DNA of 64,000 nt from an uncultured Gammaproteobacteria bacterium (GCA_964446235.1 CAYUNW010000001.1:37837-101836); one strand, 5' to 3'; shown: positions 38,989-49,683, counted from the stretch's first letter. Notes: generated by a model not told the origin, from the sequence alone. A program made the numbers and translations.

Positions 38989-40350
38989 TTAGGAGAGTTC
39001 TGAAACAAATTTAGAAACAACTTTCCAAAACTGCAATACTCCATCATCTCCTAATTCGTTTTTTGACTTAAAGTTATTGTATGTATTATTCCTGAAATTC
39101 ACCATTTGAAAAAAAACGTTTTCTTTCAAACACCAATTGATAAAACGAGCGGATTCTTGTGCATTATCGGGAATTCTTAAAGCTCTGTATTGAAGTAATT
39201 TATGAAATAACTGGGGATAATGTTTTTGTAGATTTGTGGTATATTTTTGGCTTAATTTTATCAATAAATTATTTTCGGAATTCGACGGAATTAAACCGTG
39301 TTTCTGCATAAAATTCAGATTATCCCATTCCTGTCTCCCCACAGGTTTTGAAAATAGTAAAACTGAACCACCTTTTTTCAATGGATCTATAAGTACTTTA
39401 AACGCTTGTTCACTGGGCTTGGTAATTTCCAAAGAAATCAAATGTCGCTTATATACTCTTTCGTAATTTATGACTACTTCTCTATCGTGAAAATAGGCGT
39501 GTGTATGAATATAATTTTCAAGAGATATATCAGATAAAAATGGCCGAGTATGGGATGATATTTTAGATATAAGATGAAATTTGAATCTGTTATTATAATA
39601 ATGCAATGTTCTAATCAGAACTGTAAAATATTCCAATCCTACTGCAGCACCGGATATCGGAATAGCAATGTTGATGGTTTTTTCACTATCATATGTAAGT
39701 TGTTCAACTCTATTGATATATTCACCGTGACTCAATGCTTTTGTCAAGTTGATATTAACAGGATAAGGTATTACGCTAAAATTTACATCAGGCAAACCTT
39801 CTTTTCTGGCATATTGCTTCAAAAGATTCTTTGTTTCATGACTAGGTACGAAAATTAAATCAGACTTCGGTACATACCACATACATTGAGGACTGTCATC
39901 TGTAACTTGTACAAAAAGAAATACCCGTATATTTTTATCTTTTTCGATTCTTTCTTTTATTGTGGTTAGCATATGGGCTAAGGCAAAATGTGTTGCTACA
40001 AAAACCACTGTCTTAGGTAAAATAATTCTCTGGTCTAATATTTTGATGATATCTTGATATAGATTTTGCGAATGTGTCTGCAAAAAACGCCTGTAGTAAC
40101 GTGAGAATATCAATTCCGGCAGACCATGCTGAAACCATTCCATCAATCCACGTGTAATAGGATGAATACTGGTAAATCTGTGTAAATAGGATATTGAATT
40201 ATCTTTAATACCTAAAACATATGATGAAACGCTTGTTGGAAGAGACTGGAAAAGAGCTTCGGTAACTCTTAAATGCCCAAGACCTGCAGGACTTGATGCA
40301 AAAACTACAATAGTTGATTTATCATTTAAGACACTGTGATTTTTGTTCAC
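38989..40350 (-). CDS. hypothetical protein, glycosyltransferase-B / MGDG-synthase-like motifs
   Basis: AGLGHLR, VATHF, VTDD, TKPSE, PVGRQEWDN; GTG start behind TTGCGA-17-TAAACT. Confidence 0.6.
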   Translation of the reverse strand: MNKNHSVLNDKSTIVVFASSPAGLGHLRVTEALFQSLPTSVSSYVLGIKDNSISYLHRFTSIHPITRGLMEWFQHGLPELIFSRYYRRFLQTHSQNLYQDIIKILDQRIILPKTVVFVATHFALAHMLTTIKERIEKDKNIRVFLFVQVTDDSPQCMWYVPKSDLIFVPSHETKNLLKQYARKEGLPDVNFSVIPYPVNINLTKALSHGEYINRVEQLTYDSEKTINIAIPISGAAVGLEYFTVLIRTLHYYNNRFKFHLISKISSHTRPFLSDISLENYIHTHAYFHDREVVINYERVYKRHLISLEITKPSEQAFKVLIDPLKKGGSVLLFSKPVGRQEWDNLNFMQKHGLIPSNSENNLLIKLSQKYTTNLQKHYPQLFHKLLQYRALRIPDNAQESARFINWCLKENVFFQMVNFRNNTYNNFKSKNELGDDGVLQFWKVVSKFVSELS

Positions 40351-40395
40351 AACTCAAGTTTAGGATAAGAATTCAATCTTCGCAAGCAAAAAATA

Positions 40396-40986
40396 TTACC
40401 TGTAAGTGTTTAAAAAAAATTTTAGTTGTTTAAAAGCCTCTGTTCTGTGACTATATTTGTTTTTCTCTTCAACTGAAGCCTGTGCATTTGTTTTACCTAA
40501 TTTATTATTAAAAAATATCGGGTCATAGCCGAAACCTTTTTTTCCTATGGGTTTTGTGGTTATGTATCCATCGCTTTCACCTCTAAATGAATAAAATCTG
40601 GATAGCAAAGGATCATAAAGACCAGCTACGCATATAAATTTTGCACGTCTTTTACTACTAGGAATACCGTGCATGACATTTAATATTTTTAAATATCTAT
40701 CTTGATCAGTGCCCTTTACAAATCTAGCCGAATAAATCCCAGGCTTGCCTTGAAGATAATCAATTTCTAATCCGGAATCTTCTGAAATCGTCAAATAATT
40801 AGACTTTTCTGCATATTTTCGGGCTTTCAAAAGTGCATTTTCCTCATAAGTATTACCACTCTCTTCGATAATTATATTCAGGTTTAATTCATCCCCCGAT
40901 AAAATCTTATAATTTATACCTTTTAAAATTTCTTTGATTTCTTTTTTCTTATTCTTATTATTAGTTGCCAACAATATTTTCTCCAT
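40396..40986 (-). CDS. rdgB: non-canonical purine NTP pyrophosphatase
   Basis: ATNNKNK, ENALLKA, EDSGL, PGIYSAR, GFGYDPIF, KNKYSHR. Confidence 0.95.
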   Translation of the reverse strand: MEKILLATNNKNKKKEIKEILKGINYKILSGDELNLNIIIEESGNTYEENALLKARKYAEKSNYLTISEDSGLEIDYLQGKPGIYSARFVKGTDQDRYLKILNVMHGIPSSKRRAKFICVAGLYDPLLSRFYSFRGESDGYITTKPIGKKGFGYDPIFFNNKLGKTNAQASVEEKNKYSHRTEAFKQLKFFLNTYR

Positions 40987-40989
40987 AAT

Positions 40990-41352
40990 CTATCCTGCTT
41001 GAACACCGTCTGGAACTGTCTTTTCAGAAATAGCTAAAACAGGAGCAATACCGTCGTTATATCCAATATCAAAAAGCATACCTTCTGAATCCTCCCCCAT
41101 AATTTTTCTTGTTTTAAGATTAACAATAAACAACGCTTGCATTCCTTCAATTTCTTGAGGATTATCTCTTTCCTTTTTCAAACCAACTATAATTTTTCTT
41201 TGAAAATCACCGAAATTTACATTTAACTTAACTAGTTTATCTGAATTTTCAATATCTTCAATTTTTATTATGGTACCGACTCTAATATCGATTTTTTCCA
41301 AGTCAGAAATATTTATTGAAGGTTTAACGACTTTTGTTCTTAAGTCGCTCAT
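40990..41352 (-). CDS. tRNA-binding OB-fold protein (CsaA/Trbp111-like)
   Basis: DIRVGTI, KLVKL.V.FG, VNL..RKIMG..SEGML. Confidence 0.85.
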   Translation of the reverse strand: MSDLRTKVVKPSINISDLEKIDIRVGTIIKIEDIENSDKLVKLNVNFGDFQRKIIVGLKKERDNPQEIEGMQALFIVNLKTRKIMGEDSEGMLFDIGYNDGIAPVLAISEKTVPDGVQAG

Positions 41353-41373
41353 CTAACTTCTAACTTATATTTA

Positions 41374-41898
41374 TTAGATAATTTGATTATTGATAAAAAT
41401 TAATAATGCAGAAAAAACTAACATTATTTCTACAATAACAAATATTTTCGATGATAAATACAAAGCAGTAACATTCCCCAAACTATGATAATAACCATTT
41501 TTTAACCAGTATTCTCTCCTTTTATCAAAAGGATAAAACCAAAAGATTTGTGGAATCATATTTTCTTTTTTAAATCCGATCTTATATAAAATATGTCCTA
41601 AATCGTCTAAAAAAAAGTGGAAAAGCAAGCTTAAAAATCCCAAAAATAGCACCACTGGTCTAAAAAAGTTTTGGAAAATAAAATAAATGAATGTAAAAAG
41701 AATCATTGCAAAAATCGGAGTATGAGACGGAAGCAGATGATGATTATATCTTCCGTTTTTTAAAGGAAGTAAATAATCCAAATCTATAATCATACCGCAA
41801 AAAATTACGAAAATTGTTTCTATAAAAGTCAGTTCATCTCCCCAAAAGGACGGAAATTGAGAAATTAAATAAGAAGCAGGTAAGTGACCAATAACCAT
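41374..41898 (-). CDS. membrane-bound metal-dependent hydrolase (YdjM-like)
   Basis: GH, DLD, HH...SHTP, HFFLD, W-x-YPF. Confidence 0.75.
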   Translation of the reverse strand: MVIGHLPASYLISQFPSFWGDELTFIETIFVIFCGMIIDLDYLLPLKNGRYNHHLLPSHTPIFAMILFTFIYFIFQNFFRPVVLFLGFLSLLFHFFLDDLGHILYKIGFKKENMIPQIFWFYPFDKRREYWLKNGYYHSLGNVTALYLSSKIFVIVEIMLVFSALLIFINNQII

Positions 41899-41908
41899 AA
41901 GTGATATA

Positions 41909-43309
41909 TTACAACAAATTCTCTAGCCTTTCGATAACTTCTTTTTTTCCTAATAATTCCAGGGATTCGTTCAAAGGAGGAGATACCTTACTTCCGGTTA
42001 TAGCGATTCTTAAAATCATAAAAAATTCGCTGTTTTTAATCCCTTCTTTTTTTGCCAAATCTACCAATAATCCACCGATTCTTTCTGATTTCCATATCTC
42101 TAACTGGTCTAAAGTATCTTTTATTGTAGCAATTAATTTCTGATTTTTATCCAAATTAATCTCATAATTTTGCGGTCTTTTAAAGTAAAAATTGCATAAC
42201 GGTAGATAGTCTGCAAATTTTTTAATTCGTTCTTTTATCAATGGTATGGTTTTTTCAACAAATTCTTTTGGGTATTTTTCACCGATAAAAAAGGATATTT
42301 GATCTTTCAAGGTTGAGTTATCTGATTTTCTAATGTATTCACCATTGAGCCATTCAAGTTTTTTGATATCAAAAGCAGGTCCAACTTTTTTCAAATCAGA
42401 AATTTCGAAATTGTCAATCATTTCATCTATCGAAAAAATCTCCCGTTCATCAGGCATTGACCAACCCATTAATGCCAAATAATTTAAAATCGCTTCCGGC
42501 AAATAACCTTCTTTTTTATACCATGTAACCCATACGGGATTTTTTCTTTTGGATAATTTGCTTTTGTCAGGATTTCTCAATAATGGACCATGTGCAAATA
42601 TAGGTAAATTCCAACCGAAATAATTGTATAAAACGATATGTTTCGGTGTAGAAGAAATCCATTCTTCTGCTCTTATTATATGGGAAATCTTCATCAGATG
42701 ATCATCAATCACAACAGCCAAATGATAAGTAGGAAAACCGTCAGATTTAAGAAGTATCTGATCATCTATTAATTTGTTTTCAAAGGAAATTTTACCTCTG
42801 ATTAAATCAGTAAATTCAGTTACTCCGTTATCTGGCATATTAAGTCTGATAACATACTTTTCATTTTTGGCTTTATTCTTGGCTATCCCTATATCTATTG
42901 ACTTACATAAACCATCATATAATGTTGGCTGATGCAGTTTTATCTGTCTATCACGCATTTTTTCAAGCCTGCTACGATCACAAAAACAATAATAAGCCTT
43001 ACCGTTCTCAACAAGCTGTTCTGCATAAGATTTATATATATTTAACCTTTCAGACTGCCTATAAGGACCAAAATCTCCTTTTTTATCTGGTCCTTCATCA
43101 TAACTCAATCCAAACCATTTTAGTGATGAAAGAATTTTATCTTCTGCACCATTAATTAACCTATTTTGATCTGTATCTTCTATTCTGATAATAAATTGAC
43201 CATTATTTTTTTTTGCAAAAACATAATTAATTAACGCTGTATACACATTACCAATATGCAAATCTTCTCCCGTAGGAGAAGGCGCTATTCTGACGCGTAC
43301 TTTTTCCAT
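41909..43309 (-). CDS. gltX: glutamyl-tRNA synthetase
   Basis: RIAPSPTG, HIGN, RIEDTD, PYRQSER, PTYHLAVVIDDH, KLSKR. Confidence 0.97.
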   Translation of the reverse strand: MEKVRVRIAPSPTGEDLHIGNVYTALINYVFAKKNNGQFIIRIEDTDQNRLINGAEDKILSSLKWFGLSYDEGPDKKGDFGPYRQSERLNIYKSYAEQLVENGKAYYCFCDRSRLEKMRDRQIKLHQPTLYDGLCKSIDIGIAKNKAKNEKYVIRLNMPDNGVTEFTDLIRGKISFENKLIDDQILLKSDGFPTYHLAVVIDDHLMKISHIIRAEEWISSTPKHIVLYNYFGWNLPIFAHGPLLRNPDKSKLSKRKNPVWVTWYKKEGYLPEAILNYLALMGWSMPDEREIFSIDEMIDNFEISDLKKVGPAFDIKKLEWLNGEYIRKSDNSTLKDQISFFIGEKYPKEFVEKTIPLIKERIKKFADYLPLCNFYFKRPQNYEINLDKNQKLIATIKDTLDQLEIWKSERIGGLLVDLAKKEGIKNSEFFMILRIAITGSKVSPPLNESLELLGKKEVIERLENLL

Positions 43310-43344
43310 AGGTTGATTCTAACATATGCCTTCTTTTATACTCA

Positions 43345-44406
43345 ATGTATATGTCTTCAAGTTTAACTGAAGCTTCAATAGCTACCAGAAAATTCATAAT
43401 TATTTCTCTTTTTGTACTTTTAGGATATATCATGTTTAAATTTTTTATATTCTATGCAAAAAACTATATTTTTACCCCTAAGGCAAAACCACCACCTCCA
43501 CCTAATGTGCTTTTTGGAAAATTGCCTTATCCTGACTTCAGTCAAATCGCCACCGTTTCGGCAAATATGAAATTTTATCTTCAAACAATTGATGGAAATC
43601 CTCCGGAAACAACTGATGCCGCAAGAATTTTTTCCATGCCAAAAAAACTCCGTTCTTACTATTCAGAAGATAGAGCTAAAAATCTGGCAAAAAAACTCGG
43701 GTTTACTGAAGAACCGTCAAATAAAAACTCAACTTACTTTGCTTTTGTAAACAGTAATGATCCACTATTATCTTTATTAGTAGATATTGTAAATCTGAAT
43801 TTTGATTATAAATTCAATTACACAAGAAAACAGGAAGTTTTTAAAAATAATTATTTTTCTTCTAAAGATCAGGCAATATCTGTTGTTAAAAATTTTATTA
43901 ATAGAAATGCATTGATTGATGAAAGCTTTTTAAATGGCAATATTACTACTGTCCCCCTATCATATAACAACTCGACTAATTCTTTCTCAATCGCCACCAG
44001 CTTATCTACAGCCAATTGTTTGAGAATAAATTTCTTCAGAAAAGATATTGAAGGTATACCGGTATTATCACCAGATAAATTTTCCAGTTATAATTATGCG
44101 ATTTATACCTCAAATGAACCTCAAATAATCGAAATATCATATACTTACTGGCCAATAGCATTTGATGATTCAGCTACTTATCCTCTAAGAACGACAGAAA
44201 CTGCCTGGCAAAATCTGGTAGAAGGCAATGGTTATGTAATAAATATGGGAACGAATAATCCGAATAAAATTACTGTACGTAATATATACTTGGCTTACTT
44301 TGACAGTAAAAAACCTCAGAATTATTTACAACCTGTATTTGTGTTCGAAGGTGATAATGATTTTATAGCCTATGTACCTGCTGTCAGTCCTGAATGGCTG
44401 GAATGA
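43345..44406 (+). CDS. conserved-looking hypothetical exported protein
   Basis: N-terminal TM, PPPPP..FGKLP, C-terminal LAYFD...YLQPVFVF...YVPAV. Confidence 0.7.
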   Translation: MYMSSSLTEASIATRKFIIISLFVLLGYIMFKFFIFYAKNYIFTPKAKPPPPPNVLFGKLPYPDFSQIATVSANMKFYLQTIDGNPPETTDAARIFSMPKKLRSYYSEDRAKNLAKKLGFTEEPSNKNSTYFAFVNSNDPLLSLLVDIVNLNFDYKFNYTRKQEVFKNNYFSSKDQAISVVKNFINRNALIDESFLNGNITTVPLSYNNSTNSFSIATSLSTANCLRINFFRKDIEGIPVLSPDKFSSYNYAIYTSNEPQIIEISYTYWPIAFDDSATYPLRTTETAWQNLVEGNGYVINMGTNNPNKITVRNIYLAYFDSKKPQNYLQPVFVFEGDNDFIAYVPAVSPEWLE

Positions 44407-45352
44407 GCTCGTTAACCGTAATCCAAACGAAATTACTAAATACGTAATTTATAAGCTTTTCAGTCTCTCCAAATCTATCACGACTTTTGAGTAAAACAAT
44501 CAATATATCCTTACCGTTTTTATTTACTTCACTGATTAAAATCTCACCTCCGTTTTCAGTAAAACCTGTTTTTATCCCTTTTACACCCTGTATTTTGCCT
44601 AATAATTCATTAACATTTTTTAAATCATGAAAATACGTAAATGTGGTATCCGAAACGGTAATATTTTTTGTACTAATAATTTTTTTGAAAATATCGCTTT
44701 CAAGTCCCGCTTCAGACATTTTTGCCAAATCTACAGCAGTTGTATAATGCTCAGGATGGTCAAAGCCAATGGGATTCGTAAAATGTGAATTATCTAAATG
44801 TAATTCCTTAGCTTTAGCATTCATAGCATCTACAAATCCATTTACTCCACCAGGATAATTTTCTGCCAAGGTATATGCGGCATCATTGCCAGAATGTACT
44901 AATGCACCATACAACAATGATTCAAAAGATATAGTCTCTCCTTCAATAAGCCCCATTAATCTACCTTCTTTCATCACTGTATTTACTGTTAAGATATCGT
45001 TTAATTTATATTTGTCCAATGCTACTAATGCCGTCATAACTTTTGTGGTTGAGGCAGGTGAAAATCTGTTTTTCTCGTTTTTGGTATATAAAATGACCCC
45101 AGAAGGTATATCTTTTATCAATACTCCTTCAGCCGTCATGTCCATCGGTAAATTTTTGGTAACATTTACCGGATACAAAGGTGGAGGTGGAAGTTTAATT
45201 TCCTTAGAACTTACAGGAAAATTCTTATTTTTTTTTATAGAATAAAAATATTTATTTGGTGATGGATTTATAAATAAAAGTATTACAATACTTATAAATA
45301 ATAATACACGCAAAATGACCAAAGGATTGAATGATCTTTTTATAAAAGGCAT
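44384..45352 (-). CDS. D-alanyl-D-alanine carboxypeptidase (peptidase S11)
   Basis: PASTTK, SGNDAA, FTNPIG, IKTGFT. Confidence 0.92.
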   Translation of the reverse strand: MPFIKRSFNPLVILRVLLFISIVILLFINPSPNKYFYSIKKNKNFPVSSKEIKLPPPPLYPVNVTKNLPMDMTAEGVLIKDIPSGVILYTKNEKNRFSPASTTKVMTALVALDKYKLNDILTVNTVMKEGRLMGLIEGETISFESLLYGALVHSGNDAAYTLAENYPGGVNGFVDAMNAKAKELHLDNSHFTNPIGFDHPEHYTTAVDLAKMSEAGLESDIFKKIISTKNITVSDTTFTYFHDLKNVNELLGKIQGVKGIKTGFTENGGEILISEVNKNGKDILIVLLKSRDRFGETEKLINYVFSNFVWITVNELIPAIQD

Positions 45353-46734
45353 TACTTTATTTTATTTTTTTTAAGTATCTTCAAACTTAATTCTTCTAAT
45401 TGTTCGTCAGTTACCAATGATGGTGCGTCCATAATCGATGTTCGTCCACCTGATGTCATAGGAAAGGCGACAACTTCCCTTAAATATTTTTCGTTAGTTA
45501 GAATCATCGCCAATCTATCAATGCCAAATGCGCAACCACCATGTGGTGGAGCACCATATGAAAATGCCTCCAACATATGACCGAATTTATTTCTTATTTC
45601 TGTTTTTTTATAACCCATTATCTCAAATACCCTCTCTAATACTTCAGCCTTGTTCGAACGAATACTCCCACCACCTACTTCAAAACCGTTACATACTAAA
45701 TCGTATTGACTAGTTAATATTTTCCCGATATTTTTTTTATCCAACAAATCGGTTATATATTCATCTTTTGGATTTGAAAAGGGATTATGTGTAAAAGTCC
45801 ATTTTTTTTCTTGATCTCTTTCGAAAAACGGGAAATCAACCACCCAAGCAAAAGCTAACTGCCCTTCTTTTTTCTCCTTTTCATTTCTTAAGTCAAATTT
45901 GTCTGCACCAAATTTTTCAATAGCTTGATTATATGTAAAAATCGGAAAAGGTTTTTTAAGAATTTTTTTATTTAGATTTTCAAATATATAAATCATCAAA
46001 TCTTCTAATATACTCATAACTTCTTCCCTATCGGCAAAACTGATTTCAATATCTATCTGTGTATGTTCAAAACCCCTATCGGCTCTTAAATCTTCATCCC
46101 TTAAACATCTAGCAATTTGAAAATATCTTTCAAAACCGGCAACCATTAAAAGCTGCTTGTATTGTTGAGGTGACTGCGGCAATGCATAAAAATATCCCGG
46201 TTGCATTCTAGAAGGTACCAAAAAATCACGTGAACCTTCAGGAGTAGATTTGGTCAGAAGAGGTGTTTCGATCTCAGTAAAATCATTATTAAATAAAAAC
46301 TCTCTGGCTAATTGGGTTAATTTCGATCTTAACTTAAGATTAGACTGTAATCTTTTTCTCCTTAGATCCAAATATCGGTATTTCAATCTAATTTCCTCGT
46401 TTAAATCTAAACCGTCAGTGTTTATAGGAAAAGGCAGTGGCTGAGATTTGTTTAAAAGATGAATTTTGTCCGTTTCTATTTCCAACATACCTAATGCTTG
46501 TTTTGGATTAATCATTTTCTCTGGTCTTTTTTTTACCAACCCCTCGATTCCAATAACATCCTCACTACTTAAATCTCCCGCCCCTTTTCCTAGATAACAC
46601 TGTATTATTCCGCTTCTGTCGCGAATATCCAAAAAAGCAATTTTTCCATGGCTTCTTATACTATTTATCCAACCGTTGATATAAACTTTATTTCCTATTT
46701 GGTTTTTTGTATCCGAAATTAAAATTCTTTTCAT
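45352..46734 (-). CDS. aspS: aspartyl-tRNA synthetase, short form without the GAD insertion
   Basis: RLKYRYLDLRR, STPEGSRDF, LPQSPQQYKQLLM, RDEDLRADR, GAPPHGG; start moved to 46734. Confidence 0.95.
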   Translation of the reverse strand: MKRILISDTKNQIGNKVYINGWINSIRSHGKIAFLDIRDRSGIIQCYLGKGAGDLSSEDVIGIEGLVKKRPEKMINPKQALGMLEIETDKIHLLNKSQPLPFPINTDGLDLNEEIRLKYRYLDLRRKRLQSNLKLRSKLTQLAREFLFNNDFTEIETPLLTKSTPEGSRDFLVPSRMQPGYFYALPQSPQQYKQLLMVAGFERYFQIARCLRDEDLRADRGFEHTQIDIEISFADREEVMSILEDLMIYIFENLNKKILKKPFPIFTYNQAIEKFGADKFDLRNEKEKKEGQLAFAWVVDFPFFERDQEKKWTFTHNPFSNPKDEYITDLLDKKNIGKILTSQYDLVCNGFEVGGGSIRSNKAEVLERVFEIMGYKKTEIRNKFGHMLEAFSYGAPPHGGCAFGIDRLAMILTNEKYLREVVAFPMTSGGRTSIMDAPSLVTDEQLEELSLKILKKNKIK

Positions 46735-46735
46735 A

Positions 46736-47941
46736 TTACATATATTTTTTTTGATACTCTTCAATAGCTAAAGCTAGTAAATTCATAGCTTTTTTTAATT
46801 TACTTTCTTCCAACACATACGCTATCCTGATTTCATTCACACCTAAACCGGGGCTTTTATAAAACCCGGTTGCCGGAGCAATCATCACGGTTTGATTATT
46901 ACGATGAAACTCCTTCAATAAAAATTCTGCAAATCTGTCACTATTATCTATAGGTAATTTTGGCATCAAATAAAATGCACCATGCGGCGTAGAGACTTGG
47001 ATATCCTTTAATTTACTTAATTCGTTTAAAACCGTATCTCTTCGTTTTTGATAAATATCTCTGATTTTTTCGACATATTTTTTATGATCAATAAGCATCG
47101 AAATTACAGACAATTGCTCGATAGAGGCTACAGATAACCTGGATTGAGCAAATCTTAATACAGCACTCATTACATCCTGATTTTTAGATACTATAACTCC
47201 AATTCTTGCTCCACAGGCATTAAATCTTTTGGAAACACTATCGGTAATAATTAATCGATCTTCAATCCCCGAAAATTCAGCAAATGGTGTAACCTTTCTA
47301 CCGTCAAAAACAATTTCCTGATAAGTTTCATCACTAATTATGAAAAGATTATATTGTTTTGCAATATCAACGATCATTTTAACTTCATTCTGGTTATACA
47401 ATGTTCCTGTTGGATTATTAGGATTACAAACAATAATCCCTTTGGTTTTTCTATTAATATGCTTTTCGATTATTTCTTTTTTTGGAAAATGAAATCCATC
47501 AGATGCTTTTGTAATTACCGGCTTTAAATTAATATTCGACATGGCAGCAATAATTGCGTAACTAGTATAAAAGGGTTCGAAAACAATTATTTCATCATCA
47601 GGATCAGCAATGGCATTGAAAGCAAAAATTAACGCTTCTGATCCTCCTGCTGTGATAATGATATCTTTTATATCAAAATTTAAGCCTTTTGATTTATAAA
47701 AAAATTGCCATGCTTCTCTAACTTCTTTTATCCCCTGAGAAGGAGCATAAACTAATGTATTTTCTTCAAATTTTTTTAGGAAATTCAATATCTTTTTAGG
47801 TGTAGGCAAATCGGGTTGACCAATATTAACATGATATACATCGATACCTCTTTTTTTAGCATCATCAGCTAAAGGCACCAGTTTCCTTATTGCTGAAGCA
47901 GGGGTATTAATTGCCTTTTGAGATATTTTTAGACTATTCAT
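46736..47941 (-). CDS. PLP-dependent class I aminotransferase (AspAT-like)
   Basis: NIGQPD, GGSEA, NPNNPTG, SDETY, SVSKRF...GARIG. Confidence 0.92.
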   Translation of the reverse strand: MNSLKISQKAINTPASAIRKLVPLADDAKKRGIDVYHVNIGQPDLPTPKKILNFLKKFEENTLVYAPSQGIKEVREAWQFFYKSKGLNFDIKDIIITAGGSEALIFAFNAIADPDDEIIVFEPFYTSYAIIAAMSNINLKPVITKASDGFHFPKKEIIEKHINRKTKGIIVCNPNNPTGTLYNQNEVKMIVDIAKQYNLFIISDETYQEIVFDGRKVTPFAEFSGIEDRLIITDSVSKRFNACGARIGVIVSKNQDVMSAVLRFAQSRLSVASIEQLSVISMLIDHKKYVEKIRDIYQKRRDTVLNELSKLKDIQVSTPHGAFYLMPKLPIDNSDRFAEFLLKEFHRNNQTVMIAPATGFYKSPGLGVNEIRIAYVLEESKLKKAMNLLALAIEEYQKKYM

Positions 47942-47985
47942 GGCTTACTCCTTTGAATAATTATATATATTTAAATTACGGCAAA

Positions 47986-49683
47986 CTAGACTGAAATCTT
48001 AACATCTCTGATATTCAGTTGCAATGCGCTTACATCATTGTATAAATTTTCCTGTAAAGTATATACAATATCCAAAAATTTACCGCCTAATATGCTATTG
48101 AAGCGATTACCCATATTAAAGCCAATAGCTTCAATATCTATACCACTCTGAAGTCTGATTTTCAATTTCAGATGTTTATTATCTTTACCAATTTTTCTCA
48201 TACCGATAAGCTTTAAATTATATGTAATAAACACCGGCTCGGGATTGCCGATTCCGAAAGGTTCCATTTGTATAATTGCATTGAAAAATCTTAAATTGAT
48301 ATATTTTTCCGGAAGTGCCATATCAATTGATAATATTTTTTGCATCATGTCGGTGGTAATTTTTTCATCTGCTATTTTTATAATTTTTCGTTTAAATTTC
48401 TCGAAATTTTCTGTTTTCATACTGAATCCTGCTGCCATCGGATGTCCTCCAAATTCCAGTAAATATTTAGACATTTCATTTAAAACACTTACAATATTAA
48501 ATCCGGGAATAGATCTGGCTGAACCTTTAGCAATATGACTATTTAAAGTCACTACTATAGCCGGTAAATTATATTTTTCAGTAATTTTACCGGCAATTAA
48601 TCCGATAATTCCTTCTTTGTAAGACTCTTCTCCAATTACTATGATTTTTTCAAATTTTTTTTTAACTCTATTTATCAATTTCATCTCATCAATTTTATTC
48701 ATAGCATTTGAAAAAGACTTAATAGTTTCTTCCTGCCTGATCATGTTGTATTTATTGATTTTGATAGCTAAAGATTTTGCTTTTTCCTTGTCCTTGGTAC
48801 ATAGAAGTCTTAAGGAATCAGTCGCATCGGCAATTCTTCCAGCAGCATTTATTCTAGGAATAAGAATAAACGACAAATGATAAGTATTTAAATTATTTTT
48901 GATACCCGATATTTTGATTAATTCTTTCAATCCAGGTCTATTTGTATTCGCCAAGTTTTTAATACCTTCTTTGACAATTAACCTGTTTATTCCGTTTAAT
49001 GGCATCAAATCAGAAACTGTAGACAATGCGGCTAGATCGATATTTTTTGAGAAATCAACCTCTGATTTTTTGTTTTTATTCATATATGCGTCAAATTTTG
49101 AAGCGAAATACCAAGCAATTGAGGCTGCTGAAACTTTTGTCGTATGAATTAGAATATAAGCGTTCAATTTTTTAGCCGTTTTTTGATGATGATCTAATAC
49201 GATCACATCAATACCTTTTTTATTTGCATAATCAATCTGTTTATGTGCAGTAACTCCCATATCCGTAGCAACGATAAGAGTTGAGTTATGAATTTCTTTG
49301 ATTTTATCCAAACCAAATTCCGTCAAACCATATCCTTCATTTATCCTGTCAGGAATATATGGCATTACTTTTTTTGTATATTGATATAAATTTTCCCAAA
49401 TAATTGCTCCGGCACATATACCATCGGCATCGTAATCAGTATAAACGGAAATATTTTCACCTTTATGAATTGCTTGTAATATTCTTTTAAATGATTTCTG
49501 TAAGGTATTATCATCTAGGCCTATAATTTGACTATCTATCTGTTTAAAGCTTGGACTTAGAAAGGCTGCTCTATCTTTTTGAGTAACATAACCTCTATTT
49601 ATTAATATCAATTCGATGATATCTTTAATATCTAATTTATCAGAGATTCTGATTTTATTTATAATATGCCATTTATTATCCAT
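47986..49683 (-). CDS. recJ: ssDNA exonuclease RecJ
   Basis: DYDADG, DHH, PRINAAGR, GSARS, GGHPMAAG, EPFGIGNPEP. Confidence 0.95.
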   Translation of the reverse strand: MDNKWHIINKIRISDKLDIKDIIELILINRGYVTQKDRAAFLSPSFKQIDSQIIGLDDNTLQKSFKRILQAIHKGENISVYTDYDADGICAGAIIWENLYQYTKKVMPYIPDRINEGYGLTEFGLDKIKEIHNSTLIVATDMGVTAHKQIDYANKKGIDVIVLDHHQKTAKKLNAYILIHTTKVSAASIAWYFASKFDAYMNKNKKSEVDFSKNIDLAALSTVSDLMPLNGINRLIVKEGIKNLANTNRPGLKELIKISGIKNNLNTYHLSFILIPRINAAGRIADATDSLRLLCTKDKEKAKSLAIKINKYNMIRQEETIKSFSNAMNKIDEMKLINRVKKKFEKIIVIGEESYKEGIIGLIAGKITEKYNLPAIVVTLNSHIAKGSARSIPGFNIVSVLNEMSKYLLEFGGHPMAAGFSMKTENFEKFKRKIIKIADEKITTDMMQKILSIDMALPEKYINLRFFNAIIQMEPFGIGNPEPVFITYNLKLIGMRKIGKDNKHLKLKIRLQSGIDIEAIGFNMGNRFNSILGGKFLDIVYTLQENLYNDVSALQLNIRDVKISV

